Positions 1-10,358 are shown, numbered from the stretch's first letter. The stretch: DNA of 64,000 nucleotides from Gemmatimonadales bacterium (GCA_037189525.1 JBBCJC010000002.1:96001-160000), one strand, 5' to 3'. Translations and numbers: made by a program. Notes: a model not told the origin generated them from the letters alone.

Positions 1-1099
1 CGTCGAACTCGGCGCCCAGCTTGCGCAGCGAGCCGCCGCGATCGGCGGTTCCGCGGAGGTACAGCTTGGCATCGCGGGAATAGACGAAGTCGTTAGGCGC
101 CGAGAAGGCCATCCACCGGCTGTCCGGCGAGAAGAGAATGTTCGACTCGCCCGCCTCGGCGTTCTCGGTGATTCGTTCGACCCCGCCGCTGGCGACCTCA
201 ATCAGGTACAGGTCGTCGTACGTTCCGGTTTCAGTAACGGTCCGGCGATAGCGATCATCCGGCGACCCGCGAACGCCGGCCCACTTGCCGTCGGGCGAAA
301 CCGAGACGCTGGCTACGCTGAAGCTGCGCCCGCCCGTCAGCCGCCGTTCCTGGCCGCCTGCGAGATCGAAGACCCAGAGATGGCGAATGGCCGGGTTTTC
401 GTTGCGGATCCGAACATCGAAGCGCTTTTCCATCCGCGCCTTGTTGTCCGCATCGACGGTGTCCGGCGCGACGAAGAAGATCTGGCGGCTGTCGTCGGCC
501 ACCTGCCACCACCCGATCGGGGTACTGTGCTTGGTCAGCTGAACCGGCTTGACCTCGCCGGCGGAGCCTACCGCGGCGACATCGAGCGACCAGAGCTGCC
601 GTTCATCGGCCTTACCCGCCGCATAGACCAGCCGCTTGCCGTCCTTGGTGAAGGCAAACTGGCTGACACCGTCCTTGGCATCGGTAATCCGGCGCGCTTC
701 ACCGCCGTCGGCCCGCATCACATAGAGCTGCGCGGGAGCGGCGGCGCCGACCCCGTCACGATTGGAACTGAACACGAAGAACGAGCCATCCCGCGCCCAC
801 TGCGGATCGGTCTCGTTCTTGTCGCGCGTAAAGGTCAGCTGCCGGGCCGACGACGCTCCCGTCGCCGTCGACACGACCCAGATGTCGGTGAACCGCCGGG
901 CCTCTTTCCAATCCGGCGTCGACAGGGTGTAGAGCATCCAGCGCCCATCGGGAGACAGGGCGGCATCGCCGACCTGATTCATCCGCTGGACGTCCATGAA
1001 CGTCATCGGCCGCTTGGCCTGACCCGACAGGGCGCCGGCGGTCAGAACCGCGCCGACTACTCCGAGCGCCCATGAGGCGCGAGACCCGAACTCAGACAC
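1..1099 (-). CDS. S9-family (acylaminoacyl/dipeptidyl) peptidase-like protein, N-terminal beta-propeller part; 3' end lies outside the window
   Basis: Absent from the ORF track because the stop is outside the window. My translation from GTG 1099 (GGAG upstream): MSEFGSRASWALGVVGAVLTAGALSGQAKRPMTFMDVQRMNQVGDAALSPDGRWMLY..., i.e. signal peptide then repeated SPDG/FSPD PD40-type blades, like the S9 peptidase at 50424. Catalytic domain not visible. Confidence 0.7.
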   Translation of the reverse strand, partial: MSEFGSRASWALGVVGAVLTAGALSGQAKRPMTFMDVQRMNQVGDAALSPDGRWMLYTLSTPDWKEARRFTDIWVVSTATGASSARQLTFTRDKNETDPQWARDGSFFVFSSNRDGVGAAAPAQLYVMRADGGEARRITDAKDGVSQFAFTKDGKRLVYAAGKADERQLWSLDVAAVGSAGEVKPVQLTKHSTPIGWWQVADDSRQIFFVAPDTVDADNKARMEKRFDVRIRNENPAIRHLWVFDLAGGQERRLTGGRSFSVASVSVSPDGKWAGVRGSPDDRYRRTVTETGTYDDLYLIEVASGGVERITENAEAGESNILFSPDSRWMAFSAPNDFVYSRDAKLYLRGTADRGGSLRKLGAEFD

Positions 1100-1164
1100 G
1101 ACATCGACTCCAGACTATAGAGGGAGAAAGCTGAAACGACCGGCAGGGCCGGGTCACACGACAA

Positions 1165-2082
1165 TCAGCGCACGGCACCGAATCGCCTGGTACGCATGTT
1201 GAAGTACAGCAATCGAAACGGCTCGAATGCCTGGTTCCCGACGACGCCGACGACCTCCGGCGCAATCACACCCGCTGGACCGCGTACCACATGGTACACC
1301 ATTATCGGGCCTAACGAAACGGCACCGAACCGGACCGGGGCCGACGCCTGGGCGCCCACCAGCACCAGGCTGTCTCCGGTCGCCGGAAACGCGAGGCGAC
1401 GATTGGTCGGTTCGTTCCCGGTGCGCCCGGTCAGCTGCCGCCAGACCTCCGGCGTGACGATGAGCGGCGCCAGACTGGACCCCGGATCGTACCAGAGCAT
1501 ACCCAGGCGATCGCCCTGCCAGACCAGAGGCAGGGCAATGCGACCCTGCTGATCTTCGATGGCGCCCCATTCCATCCGGTCCGTCAGAGCGGCCGGCAGG
1601 GTCTGACCGGTCCTGGGTGCCCCAATCCGCTGGCCCACCTGGTCGATCACCAGCCCGCGACTGCCGAAGTACAACAGGCCGACCGTGCCGAGCTGGTAGG
1701 TTCCGTCCGCCCCGGTCGAGTCGTCCCGATTGCCCAGCCGCCCCACCCGGGCGCGAAAGATCCGATCGGCGGCGGAGGGGTCGGTCGGCAGCGGCTCCAT
1801 GGTGCGCAGCGGAATCCCGAACCGGCCCGTGGCCGAGAAGCCGGCATCGAGTTCCATCTGGACCGGGCCCAGGCTGTCGGCTGGGCCGGTGCGATTGACG
1901 AGGAGCGCCCGGTCGCTGGTTTCCACCAGCACGGCGGCGCGGGTCGCCACCTGCCGGCCGATGGTCAGTTCGGCCCACCGGAAGCGATGCCACTCCATGT
2001 CGATCGTCGGGGGCACCGTCACCGCCTGCCGCCCTCCGCAGGCAGCCGACAGCACGATGACGAGCCCCAGGATCAGGCGCAT
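1165..2082 (-). CDS. hypothetical lipoprotein, possible retropepsin-like fold
   Basis: 305 aa; lipobox-like LSAAC; GGAGG upstream; weak D-x-G motifs (ELDAGFS, WYDPGSS). Confidence 0.6.
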   Translation of the reverse strand: MRLILGLVIVLSAACGGRQAVTVPPTIDMEWHRFRWAELTIGRQVATRAAVLVETSDRALLVNRTGPADSLGPVQMELDAGFSATGRFGIPLRTMEPLPTDPSAADRIFRARVGRLGNRDDSTGADGTYQLGTVGLLYFGSRGLVIDQVGQRIGAPRTGQTLPAALTDRMEWGAIEDQQGRIALPLVWQGDRLGMLWYDPGSSLAPLIVTPEVWRQLTGRTGNEPTNRRLAFPATGDSLVLVGAQASAPVRFGAVSLGPIMVYHVVRGPAGVIAPEVVGVVGNQAFEPFRLLYFNMRTRRFGAVR

Positions 2083-2098
2083 GCCGCTTCCTCCGTCG

Positions 2099-3526
2099 CT
2101 AGATGACGCGCTGCTTCCACCCTCCTCGTTTGAATATCATGGCACTGGCCAGGGCCAATGTCGAGAAGGCCACCGGAATGGCGATGAAGACGCCGGTCGG
2201 GCCCAAACCCGCCACCTTGGCCAGGGTGAACGCCAGAGGAATTTCCCAGAGCCAGAAGCACAGGAAGTTGAGCAGTGTCGGGGTCCGGGTGTCACCAGCG
2301 CCGTTGAAGGCGTTGGACACCACCATGCCGTAGGCATAGAACGGGAACCCGACGCTCACGATCCTGAGTCCGAGCACGGCGTACCGCGACACCTCGGGAT
2401 CGCTGGTAAAGATCGCGACGATCGACGGCGCGGCAAAGACGAAGAGCGCGCCGACCGTGCCCAGGAACCACAGGTTGAGTCGCCCTGCGCGCCAAACGGC
2501 CTCCTCGGCGCGATCGGCCTTGCCCGCACCCAGAGACTGACCCACCATGGTGGCGGCCGCGTTGCTCAAGCCCCACGACGGCAGCAGCGCAAAGAGCACC
2601 ACGCGAATCGCAATGGTGTACCCGGCAACCGCCTCCGCCCCGAACGTCGCCACGATGCGCACCAGGCCGATCCAGCTGGCCGTGCCGATCAGGATCTGAC
2701 CGATACCCGTACTCGACAACCGGAACAGCCTGGCCATCAGCGCCGGGTCGATCCGCAGGTGACGCCGCTCGATCGTGAACCGGCGATCCGCTCCTCGTAA
2801 CCGATGCAGCTGATAGAGCACCCCGATCCCGCGCCCGACCGTCGTGGCCACTGCAGCGCCCTCGACTCCCATTTCGGGAAACGGACCGATGCCGAAGATC
2901 AGCAGTGGATCGAGAATCAGATTGCACAGGTTGGCAATCCAGAGACAGCGCATCGCGACGGCCGCATCGCCGGCGCCGCGAAAAATGGCATTGATCAGGA
3001 AGAGCAGCAGGATGGCCGCGTTCCCGACGAACATGATCCGGGCAAAGCCGGTACCCTGCGCAGCGACTTCGGGGCTCGCGCCCATCAGCCGCAGCAGGTC
3101 GGTGGCAAAGATGCCGCCCACCACCGCGATCGGCACCGACACCAGCACGCCGATCAGAATCGCCTGGATGGCCGTGCGGGAGGCAGCCTCGGGGTCCTTC
3201 TCGCCGATCCGGCGCGCAACCATGGCCGTCGCGCCGATACCGAGTCCCATGCCCAGCGCGTAGATCACGCTCAGCATCGCCTCGGTCAGGCCGACGACGG
3301 CCACGGCCTCCGCACCAAGGCGGTTGACCCAGAACATGTTGACGACGGCAAAGATGGACTCGAGCGCTACTTCGAGTACCATCGGAATCGCCAGCAACAA
3401 CAACGCGGGGCGAATCGGCCCCGAGGTGAAGTCTTTTCCTTCCGCCCCCGACAGAGCTTCGCGGACGGTGTGCCACCAGCCGGGTTTCTGATTCTCCGGC
3501 ACGGGCGAAAGCGGGGTAGATGTCAT
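2099..3526 (-). CDS. MATE family efflux transporter
   Basis: 475 aa, about 12 hydrophobic segments, two internal repeats (FRGAGDA / FNGAGDT), NLILDPLLIFG motif. Confidence 0.93.
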   Translation of the reverse strand: MTSTPLSPVPENQKPGWWHTVREALSGAEGKDFTSGPIRPALLLLAIPMVLEVALESIFAVVNMFWVNRLGAEAVAVVGLTEAMLSVIYALGMGLGIGATAMVARRIGEKDPEAASRTAIQAILIGVLVSVPIAVVGGIFATDLLRLMGASPEVAAQGTGFARIMFVGNAAILLLFLINAIFRGAGDAAVAMRCLWIANLCNLILDPLLIFGIGPFPEMGVEGAAVATTVGRGIGVLYQLHRLRGADRRFTIERRHLRIDPALMARLFRLSSTGIGQILIGTASWIGLVRIVATFGAEAVAGYTIAIRVVLFALLPSWGLSNAAATMVGQSLGAGKADRAEEAVWRAGRLNLWFLGTVGALFVFAAPSIVAIFTSDPEVSRYAVLGLRIVSVGFPFYAYGMVVSNAFNGAGDTRTPTLLNFLCFWLWEIPLAFTLAKVAGLGPTGVFIAIPVAFSTLALASAMIFKRGGWKQRVI

Positions 3527-3700
3527 ACCAGATCCGATCGACGGTTGATGCCGTTCGGAGGGCCCGATCAGATCAGGAGGCGCTGACTTGGACGAATGAA
3601 GGGTCGCAAGGAATGCGGTCTCGAGCGCGGATCAGTCCCTCGATTGGGATTCGAGCGCTTCGAGACCATCCCCGGCAACGGGGACAGGACTGGAAGGCGC

Positions 3701-3727
3701 TCAGGGTACGAGAATTGGCGTCCGCAT
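3701..3727 (-). promoter_or_regulatory. putative leader peptide uORF (MRTPILVP*) upstream of the MATE gene
   Basis: Minus strand AAGGAG (3735-3740), 7 nt, then ATG CGG ACG CCA ATT CTC GTA CCC TGA, followed by a hairpin-rich 174-nt leader. Confidence 0.55.
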
Positions 3728-3751
3728 CGATCGACTCCTTGCTTTAAGACA

Positions 3752-3771
3752 GGGCCGGCATGAACCGGCCC
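3752..3771 (-). terminator. GC-rich hairpin downstream of the SDR pair, possible terminator
   Basis: GGGCCGG-catgaa-CCGGCCC 7-bp stem; only a weak U-tract on the minus strand (TGTCTT). Confidence 0.35.
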
Positions 3772-3828
3772 CAGCCTTTCAACGTAACATCGGCCTCCGT
3801 CCGGCTCAAGCGACGGCTGGACTGGCCA

Positions 3829-4596
3829 TCACGCCGTAGCTCCTCCGTCGACCACCATGATGTGACCGGTCACGAAAGACGCCTGATCGCTGGCCAGGTA
3901 GAGCGCGGCCGAACCGATCTCGTGGGGCTGACCCAGATGGGAGAGCGGCTGGTCGCCCGCCAACTCCTTGGCGCGATCGGCATCCCTCCAGTAGTACTCG
4001 CTGAAATCGGTCTGGATCAGCCCGGGACAGATGGCGTTGACACGAATCCCTTTGGGACCGAGTTCGCGTGCCCAACTGCGGGTCATCATGATGAGCCCTG
4101 CCTTGGTGAAGCTGTAGAGCATCCCGCCGGGCTGCGGCTTGAGTCCCGAGATCGAGGCGATGTTGATGATCGATCCCTGCGCACCGCGCGCAATCATCCG
4201 GGGCGCGACCAGATTGACGAGGCGGAACGCCGCCAGCACGTTGACCTCGACCATCTTGACCAGCATCTCATCGGTCAGCGCCAGAATGTCGTCGTTCTGG
4301 CCGATGTTGGTGGCGCTGTTGTTGACGAGGATATCGATCGGTCCGACCTGCGCTTCGGCGCCGGCCACCACGCGTTCGAGATCGTCCTTTTTGCCGACGT
4401 GGCAGACCATCGGGACGATCCGTCCCGGCAGGTGAGCCAGCGCAGCTGCCGTGGTCTCCAGGTTGTCCCGTTTGCGCGAAGCGATCACCACCGACGCTCC
4501 CGCGGCGGCCAACGCCTCGGTAATGGCGCGACCGATCCCGCGACCGCCACCGGTAACCAGGGCAGTGCGTCCAGCCAGAGAAATCGAAACGCTCAT
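3829..4596 (-). CDS. SDR family oxidoreductase (classical)
   Basis: [19 protein letters not shown] (YxxxK), [15 protein letters not shown]. Confidence 0.92.
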   Translation of the reverse strand: MSVSISLAGRTALVTGGGRGIGRAITEALAAAGASVVIASRKRDNLETTAAALAHLPGRIVPMVCHVGKKDDLERVVAGAEAQVGPIDILVNNSATNIGQNDDILALTDEMLVKMVEVNVLAAFRLVNLVAPRMIARGAQGSIINIASISGLKPQPGGMLYSFTKAGLIMMTRSWARELGPKGIRVNAICPGLIQTDFSEYYWRDADRAKELAGDQPLSHLGQPHEIGSAALYLASDQASFVTGHIMVVDGGATA

Positions 4597-5276
4597 GAAG
4601 GTGCAGGCTCCGTTATTGATCGAGAGTGACCGTCGGTGATCCGCTGCAGCTCGGTCAGCAACAAGGCGGCGACATCATCCGGAGTGACCTGGCGTTCGCC
4701 TCGATGCCCGGCAAGCGGATCGCGTGCGACGGGTTCGGCGGGAGCCAGCGCCAGCGTCGTCAGGCCGCGGTCGCCGTAGCGCGTGCCCAGCCATCGGATC
4801 AGCGCAGCAACCGCATCACCCGAAACGGCCAGACTCGCGGGCATCCCGGCGGGCGCTCGCCAGGCATCCCATGCGGCAATGCTGATCAGGCATCCCTGCC
4901 CCCGCCGGATCATATCGGGCACCACGAGACGGGCCAGGCCGAGATAGGCCAGCACGCTGCCGTTCAGTCCGTCCTGCCAGGCCTCGTCGGGCAGTTCGAG
5001 TCCGCCGGGTTCGACGGCAGGGGCATTCCAGCAGACCAGGTCGATCGGTCCAACCCGCTGCTCGACATGGGCAATCAGCGCGGTGGCGTCGCGCGGCTCC
5101 CGCAGGTCGGACCGGAAGGCCATGCCACCGATTTCCGCGACCAGCGTGTCGATCCGCTCGCCGTCGAGGTCGGTGGCAACCAGGTGCGCGCCCTCGCGGG
5201 CAAGGCGCCGGCATACGGCCCGCCCCACCAGGGAGGCAGCACCCGTCACGAGGCAGACTCGATGAGCCAGATGCAT
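4593..5276 (-). CDS. SDR-fold protein with degenerate motifs
   Basis: [19 protein letters not shown]; no YxxxK; ATGA overlap with the downstream SDR. Confidence 0.75.
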   Translation of the reverse strand: MHLAHRVCLVTGAASLVGRAVCRRLAREGAHLVATDLDGERIDTLVAEIGGMAFRSDLREPRDATALIAHVEQRVGPIDLVCWNAPAVEPGGLELPDEAWQDGLNGSVLAYLGLARLVVPDMIRRGQGCLISIAAWDAWRAPAGMPASLAVSGDAVAALIRWLGTRYGDRGLTTLALAPAEPVARDPLAGHRGERQVTPDDVAALLLTELQRITDGHSRSITEPAPS

Positions 5277-5405
5277 GGGGAACGCTCAGAGTGAACAGGG
5301 ACGCCGCCGCCGTCCGCAGCAATGTCGGGTCGATCGCAACCGACGCCGGCGTTAGTTTAGGCAAGTTTCGCGGTTCCTGCCATCTCCTTCGATACGAGTC
5401 GGCCC

Positions 5406-6341
5406 GTGGCCTTTTCGACCTATACCAGCTTTTCACGCGACGACTGGGCTGCGCTCAGGTTCAACACACCGATGACCCTCGCGGAGCCCGACCTGGCCGA
5501 GTTGCGGGGTACCAACGAGCACCTGTCGATGGTCGAGGTCGAAGAGGTATACCTCCCCCTCTCACGGTTCCTCAACCTGCACGTGGCCGCATCCCGCGAC
5601 CTGGCGCGAGTCACCGATGTGTTTCTGGGGCGTACCGCCGGCAGGCCGCCCTACGTCATCGGCATCGCGGGCAGTGTTGCCGTGGGCAAGAGCACGACCG
5701 CCCGGGTGATGCGTGCGCTGCTGGCGCGGTGGCCTGACCATCCCAAAGTCGACCTCGTCACCACGGACGGGTTTCTCTACCCGAACGCGGTGCTCGAGGA
5801 ACGGGGCCTGATGCACCGCAAGGGATTTCCCGAGAGCTACGATGTCCGGCGCCTGGTGCAGTTCGTGGCCGACGTCAAAGCCAGGGTCCGCAACGTCCCG
5901 GCGCCGGTCTACTCACATCTGGTCTACGACGTGGTCGATGGCGGAGTCCAGATCGTCGATCAGCCGGACGTGCTGATCCTCGAAGGGCTCAACGTCCTGC
6001 AAGGCGGCGACGGCCGCGGAACCGATCGGGATCGGCCGTTCGTCTCCGACTTCTTCGACTTCTCGATCTACGTCGATGCCGACGAGGACGCCATCCGCCA
6101 ATGGTTTCTGGGCCGGTTCCGCCGCCTCCGGGAAACGGCGTTCCGCGACCCTAAGTCGTTCTTTCGACGCTATGCGGAGATGGCGGAGCCGGACGCGATT
6201 GCCTACGCCAACCGGGTCTGGGACGAGATCAACGGGCAAAACCTCCGGGACAACATCGAACCCACCAAGGAGCGCGCGCACCTGATCCTGGAGAAAGGGC
6301 CGTCCCACGAAGTGCGCGGGGTCAAGCTGCGCCAGCTGTAG
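5406..6341 (+). CDS. coaA: type I pantothenate kinase
   Basis: [61 protein letters not shown]. Confidence 0.97.
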   Translation: MAFSTYTSFSRDDWAALRFNTPMTLAEPDLAELRGTNEHLSMVEVEEVYLPLSRFLNLHVAASRDLARVTDVFLGRTAGRPPYVIGIAGSVAVGKSTTARVMRALLARWPDHPKVDLVTTDGFLYPNAVLEERGLMHRKGFPESYDVRRLVQFVADVKARVRNVPAPVYSHLVYDVVDGGVQIVDQPDVLILEGLNVLQGGDGRGTDRDRPFVSDFFDFSIYVDADEDAIRQWFLGRFRRLRETAFRDPKSFFRRYAEMAEPDAIAYANRVWDEINGQNLRDNIEPTKERAHLILEKGPSHEVRGVKLRQL

Positions 6342-6425
6342 TCCGGCGTCCCCTATGGCCGAAACCGGGGTGGGCAGCGTATCGTACGAGAAGAAATTCG
6401 AGACCCAATCCCCGGAAGGTAGCCC

Positions 6426-6839
6426 ATGCGAAGCATTCTCTTCACAGCCGCCGTCATCGCGGCAAGCAGTATCGCGGTCCCGTCCCTCGGCGCGCAGTCG
6501 GCCACCGCGGCGACCACGGCCAGCAACCCGAAACTGGTCGGCACCTGGACCGGGAACTACACCACCGACGGACCTTCGGGCCCGATGTCGCTCACCATCA
6601 GCAAGCCGGCCGACTGGGCCGTCAAGGTCGAGCTGAGCGGTGACGTTCCCACCCCGGGCGAACCGTCGGACGTCTCGGTCGACGGCGACAAGCTGACCTG
6701 GCGGCAGACCTACGGTGAGTACGATGTCACCTTCGTGGCCACGATCAGCCAGGACGGCACCCAGCTGCTCGGCACGCTGGAAGCCAAGCAGGGCGGGGCA
6801 TACGCAGCTGGCGGAAACTTTGCCCTGACGCGAAAGTAG
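6426..6839 (+). CDS. hypothetical secreted beta-rich protein
   Basis: 137 aa, signal peptide, LVGTWTG motif, GC3-rich codons. Confidence 0.75.
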   Translation: MRSILFTAAVIAASSIAVPSLGAQSATAATTASNPKLVGTWTGNYTTDGPSGPMSLTISKPADWAVKVELSGDVPTPGEPSDVSVDGDKLTWRQTYGEYDVTFVATISQDGTQLLGTLEAKQGGAYAAGGNFALTRK

Positions 6840-6851
6840 ACGACCAATCGG

Positions 6852-8915
6852 TCAGCGGGTCGAGAGCACCTCGACCCGCCGCATCACGTCGCCTTCCGCA
6901 ATCCGGTCGACGACGTCCATCCCGTCCGCGACACGCCCCCAGACCGTATAGTTGAAATCGAGCCGAAGATTGTCGACCAGATTGACGAAGATCTGGGCGT
7001 CGCCGGTGTCGCGGCCGCGAGTCGAGATACCCAGGGTGCCGCGTTCGTGGGACACGGGGCCGACCTCGTCGCGCATGTAGGGGCCGTCACCGACATACTC
7101 GTTGGCTCCCGGACTGCCGCCCTGGATCACGAAGTTCGGCACGATCCGGTGGAACGTGAGACCGTCGTAGTACCCTTCGCGGGCGCGCGTCACGATGCGC
7201 AGCACCGTGGCCGGCGCGAGATCGGGATCGAGCGCAATCTCGAATTGGTCGGTGCGACCGGTGGATCCTTCCATGGTGATCCGCAGCCGGGCTCCACGCA
7301 GCGCATCGGCCGCCGCGACCGACACCGGCGCCGGCGGTACCCGGACCGGCTTCGCAGCAACCGCGTGCCCCGACCACCGCGTCAGGATGGCCGCCGCCCG
7401 CTCGGCGATGACCGAATCGAAGTCGGACAGGTAGGGTCGCACGCTCACGCTGTCCGACGGTTGTCCCAGTTCGTCCACCCGTTCGATCAGAGCCACCCGC
7501 GGATCCCGCGAGGTGTCCTTCCGTTCGGCCGAGATCCGGCCCAGCGCGGCAAGCGAGGCATCGACGGCCGCGCGCGGCGCCGGACTGGCAGCCAGGGCCC
7601 GGGCCGCCGTTTGCACCAGTTGGTAGTCGCGACGGCTCAGCTGAGCCCGGTAGATCGAATCGGCGGCGCGCCCTGACACGGTCACCAGGCCAGCCACCGC
7701 CGCTTCGCGAACGTTGTCGTGCTCATCGGCGGCGAGCGTTCGCAATAGCGCATCGTTGCCGAGGAGGGCCGCCGTCCGGGCGGCGTACATCCGCAGGTGC
7801 CAGCGGGATGAGCGCGCCACGGCAAGGGCGGCCCGACTCGCTCGGACCGTATCGAGCGTAGCGAGCGACAACAGGGCCCGCGCCCCGCGATGCCAGGCCA
7901 GCGGGCCTGCTCCGCGATCGGCGGTAACCAGCGAGTCGACCAGGATTCCGAGCACCTGCACCGCCGCCGCGCGATCGGGGCAGCTCGAATCGATGGCCCC
8001 GATGGCTTCGAGCGCAACCGGGAGTTCGGGATCGGCGGCGGCCGCGCGGAGCGGCGCGCAGTCGAGCGCGCGGCGCTGACGGCTCCAGCCGCGCACGGCC
8101 TCGATCCGAACCATGGCAGCCGGATCCGCCAGCAAACGCTGGAGTACACCACGCTGATCGTCGACGGCCGCACTGTCCGCGGCCCAGATGGCCGCGAGCC
8201 GCCGCACCCCGGGGTCGGCGTCGACGATGAGCAGGGAAAGCACGGTCGGGTTGCGCGCCCCGACATGGAGCAACGTCTGCGCAGCGGTGCGCCGGATCGC
8301 GGGCGCGGCAGGCGGACCGTGATAAGCCGTCAACGCTTCCAGCCGGGCAATCGTCTCCGGACGGCGCCCCGCCCCCCGCCCCGCCAGCCGGGCAAACGAC
8401 TCGGCTGCCCGGGTCACCTCGAGTACGTAGTCGGCGGGGCCATCCTGGCGCAGCAGGCCGTCGAGGGCATCGGCCACTCGGCTCCGCAGCGCCGGATCAC
8501 GCACCGGCAGGCGCGCCAGCGATCGGCCGAGTGCTGCCTGGATGGCCGGATCGGAACTCAGCGCCAGGCGATCGAGGAGGATGGTAGCCACGGTCGGTGC
8601 CGCGGCGCTGTCCTGGCCCAGTTGTCCCAAAGCCCAGATGGCTTCGACGCGGACCCGAGGGCGCCGATCGTCGAGCGCCGGAACCACGCGCGCCACCAGC
8701 GTGCCGCGTTCGAAGCGTCCCAGTCCGCGCAGGGCCGCGACCGCCACACCTTCCACCGGGCTCCGGATCCCGCTGAGCAGAGGCTCCAGATCGGCATCGG
8801 CCATGCTCCGGCGGTCTTCGGCCGTCAGCATCGCCTGCCGGGACGGCTCCTGCGCAGCGAGAGCAACCGGTTGCGCCAGCGCTGCGACCAGCAGGATGGC
8901 CCGGACGCCTGTCAT
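6852..8915 (-). CDS. HEAT-repeat protein fused to cyclophilin-type peptidyl-prolyl isomerase
   Basis: Signal peptide; repeated DxxPxVRxxA HEAT-like units; C-terminal YYDGLTFHRIVPNFVIQGG...GRDTGDAQIFVN...YTVWGRV. Confidence 0.9.
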   Translation of the reverse strand: MTGVRAILLVAALAQPVALAAQEPSRQAMLTAEDRRSMADADLEPLLSGIRSPVEGVAVAALRGLGRFERGTLVARVVPALDDRRPRVRVEAIWALGQLGQDSAAAPTVATILLDRLALSSDPAIQAALGRSLARLPVRDPALRSRVADALDGLLRQDGPADYVLEVTRAAESFARLAGRGAGRRPETIARLEALTAYHGPPAAPAIRRTAAQTLLHVGARNPTVLSLLIVDADPGVRRLAAIWAADSAAVDDQRGVLQRLLADPAAMVRIEAVRGWSRQRRALDCAPLRAAAADPELPVALEAIGAIDSSCPDRAAAVQVLGILVDSLVTADRGAGPLAWHRGARALLSLATLDTVRASRAALAVARSSRWHLRMYAARTAALLGNDALLRTLAADEHDNVREAAVAGLVTVSGRAADSIYRAQLSRRDYQLVQTAARALAASPAPRAAVDASLAALGRISAERKDTSRDPRVALIERVDELGQPSDSVSVRPYLSDFDSVIAERAAAILTRWSGHAVAAKPVRVPPAPVSVAAADALRGARLRITMEGSTGRTDQFEIALDPDLAPATVLRIVTRAREGYYDGLTFHRIVPNFVIQGGSPGANEYVGDGPYMRDEVGPVSHERGTLGISTRGRDTGDAQIFVNLVDNLRLDFNYTVWGRVADGMDVVDRIAEGDVMRRVEVLSTR

Positions 8916-10327
8916 CGCAGGCCGACCTGTCCGGCAACGGATGCGACCAGCTTGGCGCTGTCGTAGCCGACGCCGTCCCGAAAAACCCAGCGCACGCTGC
9001 CGAGGGCCGTCGGGTCGGTGACCGGGTTCCGATCCAGTACCACCAGGTCCGCACGTTTGCCGGCCTCGATCGTCCCGTACTGATCCGCTTCGCGGAGTAC
9101 GGTGGCGCCGTTGGCGGACACGATGCGAATCGCCGTTTCGGGGGTGAACCCCGCTTCCACCAACAGTTCGAAGTTGCGATGGCTGCCATAGCCGGGAAGC
9201 ATGCCGTTGCCCCAGGGGTCGACGCCGGCTGCCAGAAGTCCACCGGCCGCGACCCAGCGCCGCTCGAACTGCATCATCTTCTGGAACAGGAGCGGTGGTA
9301 CGAAACCCTGCCCCGCGTTGACCTGCCGGATCGCCGCCTCTACTGAGTCGCGCACCCGGAGCGACAAGGCCGCCCGGGCCGGCGCGTGCATCCGGGCTCG
9401 GCCCGTGACAAACAACTCGTACACGGCAAGCGTCGAGGTGAGCGCCACTTTGTGGGCCAGGAGATCCCGGATGGTCGAATCGACGGCGGCGCCTTCGACG
9501 TCGACGTTGACCTGATATACCATGTTCTGCGCTGCGCAGCGATCCGGCTGCCGGCCCGGGACGTAGTCGCTGTTGGTGATGAAGCCGTGCTCCAGGTTGT
9601 CGATGCCGAGTGCGGCCGCTTCGCGGAAGCTCACGGAGCAGAGGTGGCCCGTCACACCCATGCCGTTGCGATGTGCCTCCTGGATGGCGGCGCCCAGGAC
9701 CTCGCGCGACACATTCCCCGAGAACTTGAGCCAGGTGGCGCCTTCGGACGCCCAGTAGCTGATGACTCGTCGCGCTTCCTCCGCCGTTTCGAGCCGCCGG
9801 CTGCGCGCCGGCCCGTTCCCGGGCCCGTCGAGGTACGGCCCGCTGATGTGCATCCGCGGGCCGGGTGCCGCGCCGCGATCGATATCGCGTTTGGTATTGA
9901 TCTCGTCGTAAGGCATCTGCCCGCCGGCGGTGCGGATCGTCGTAACGCCCAGGCCGAGATAGAGGCGCGGCGCCGAGACGGGCATCTGGGCGAGACCGGC
10001 GGAGGAATTGAAGTACTGGTGACCGTGCAGATCGACCAGACCCGGGATGACGGTCGCGCCGGCCAGGTCATGAACTTTCGCGCCGGACGGAATCGAGACT
10101 TCGCCATTCCGGCCGACCGCGACGATCCGCCCGTCCCGGATCAGGATGGTCTGATTGTCACGCGCGGGCGAACCGGTCCCGTCGATGACCCGCACACCCT
10201 GCAGGGCAATGACCGGAGCATCTTCGACGATGAACTCGCGCACCGCCGGCGAGAACGCGGGACGGGGTTGGGCGTGCGCCACGCCCGCAAGCACGGTGAG
10301 GCTGGCAATGAGACGGACAGCGAACAT
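8912..10327 (-). CDS. secreted amidohydrolase-family protein
   Basis: PGLVDLHGH, VTGH, LEHG, GVD, GTIEAGKRADLVVLD; ATGA overlap with the HEAT-cyclophilin gene. Confidence 0.9.
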   Translation of the reverse strand: MFAVRLIASLTVLAGVAHAQPRPAFSPAVREFIVEDAPVIALQGVRVIDGTGSPARDNQTILIRDGRIVAVGRNGEVSIPSGAKVHDLAGATVIPGLVDLHGHQYFNSSAGLAQMPVSAPRLYLGLGVTTIRTAGGQMPYDEINTKRDIDRGAAPGPRMHISGPYLDGPGNGPARSRRLETAEEARRVISYWASEGATWLKFSGNVSREVLGAAIQEAHRNGMGVTGHLCSVSFREAAALGIDNLEHGFITNSDYVPGRQPDRCAAQNMVYQVNVDVEGAAVDSTIRDLLAHKVALTSTLAVYELFVTGRARMHAPARAALSLRVRDSVEAAIRQVNAGQGFVPPLLFQKMMQFERRWVAAGGLLAAGVDPWGNGMLPGYGSHRNFELLVEAGFTPETAIRIVSANGATVLREADQYGTIEAGKRADLVVLDRNPVTDPTALGSVRWVFRDGVGYDSAKLVASVAGQVGLR

Positions 10328-10358
10328 CGGAACCTTGGCTTTCGTGGAAGGCTGCTGA

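Noticed and set aside
380..1075. 231-aa plus-strand ORF and the many other long overlapping ORFs (e.g. 31520-33184, 42173-43705, 47164-49176, 50148-51773)
   Set aside because: Antisense or off-frame shadows of well-supported genes, expected in high-GC DNA; no motifs.
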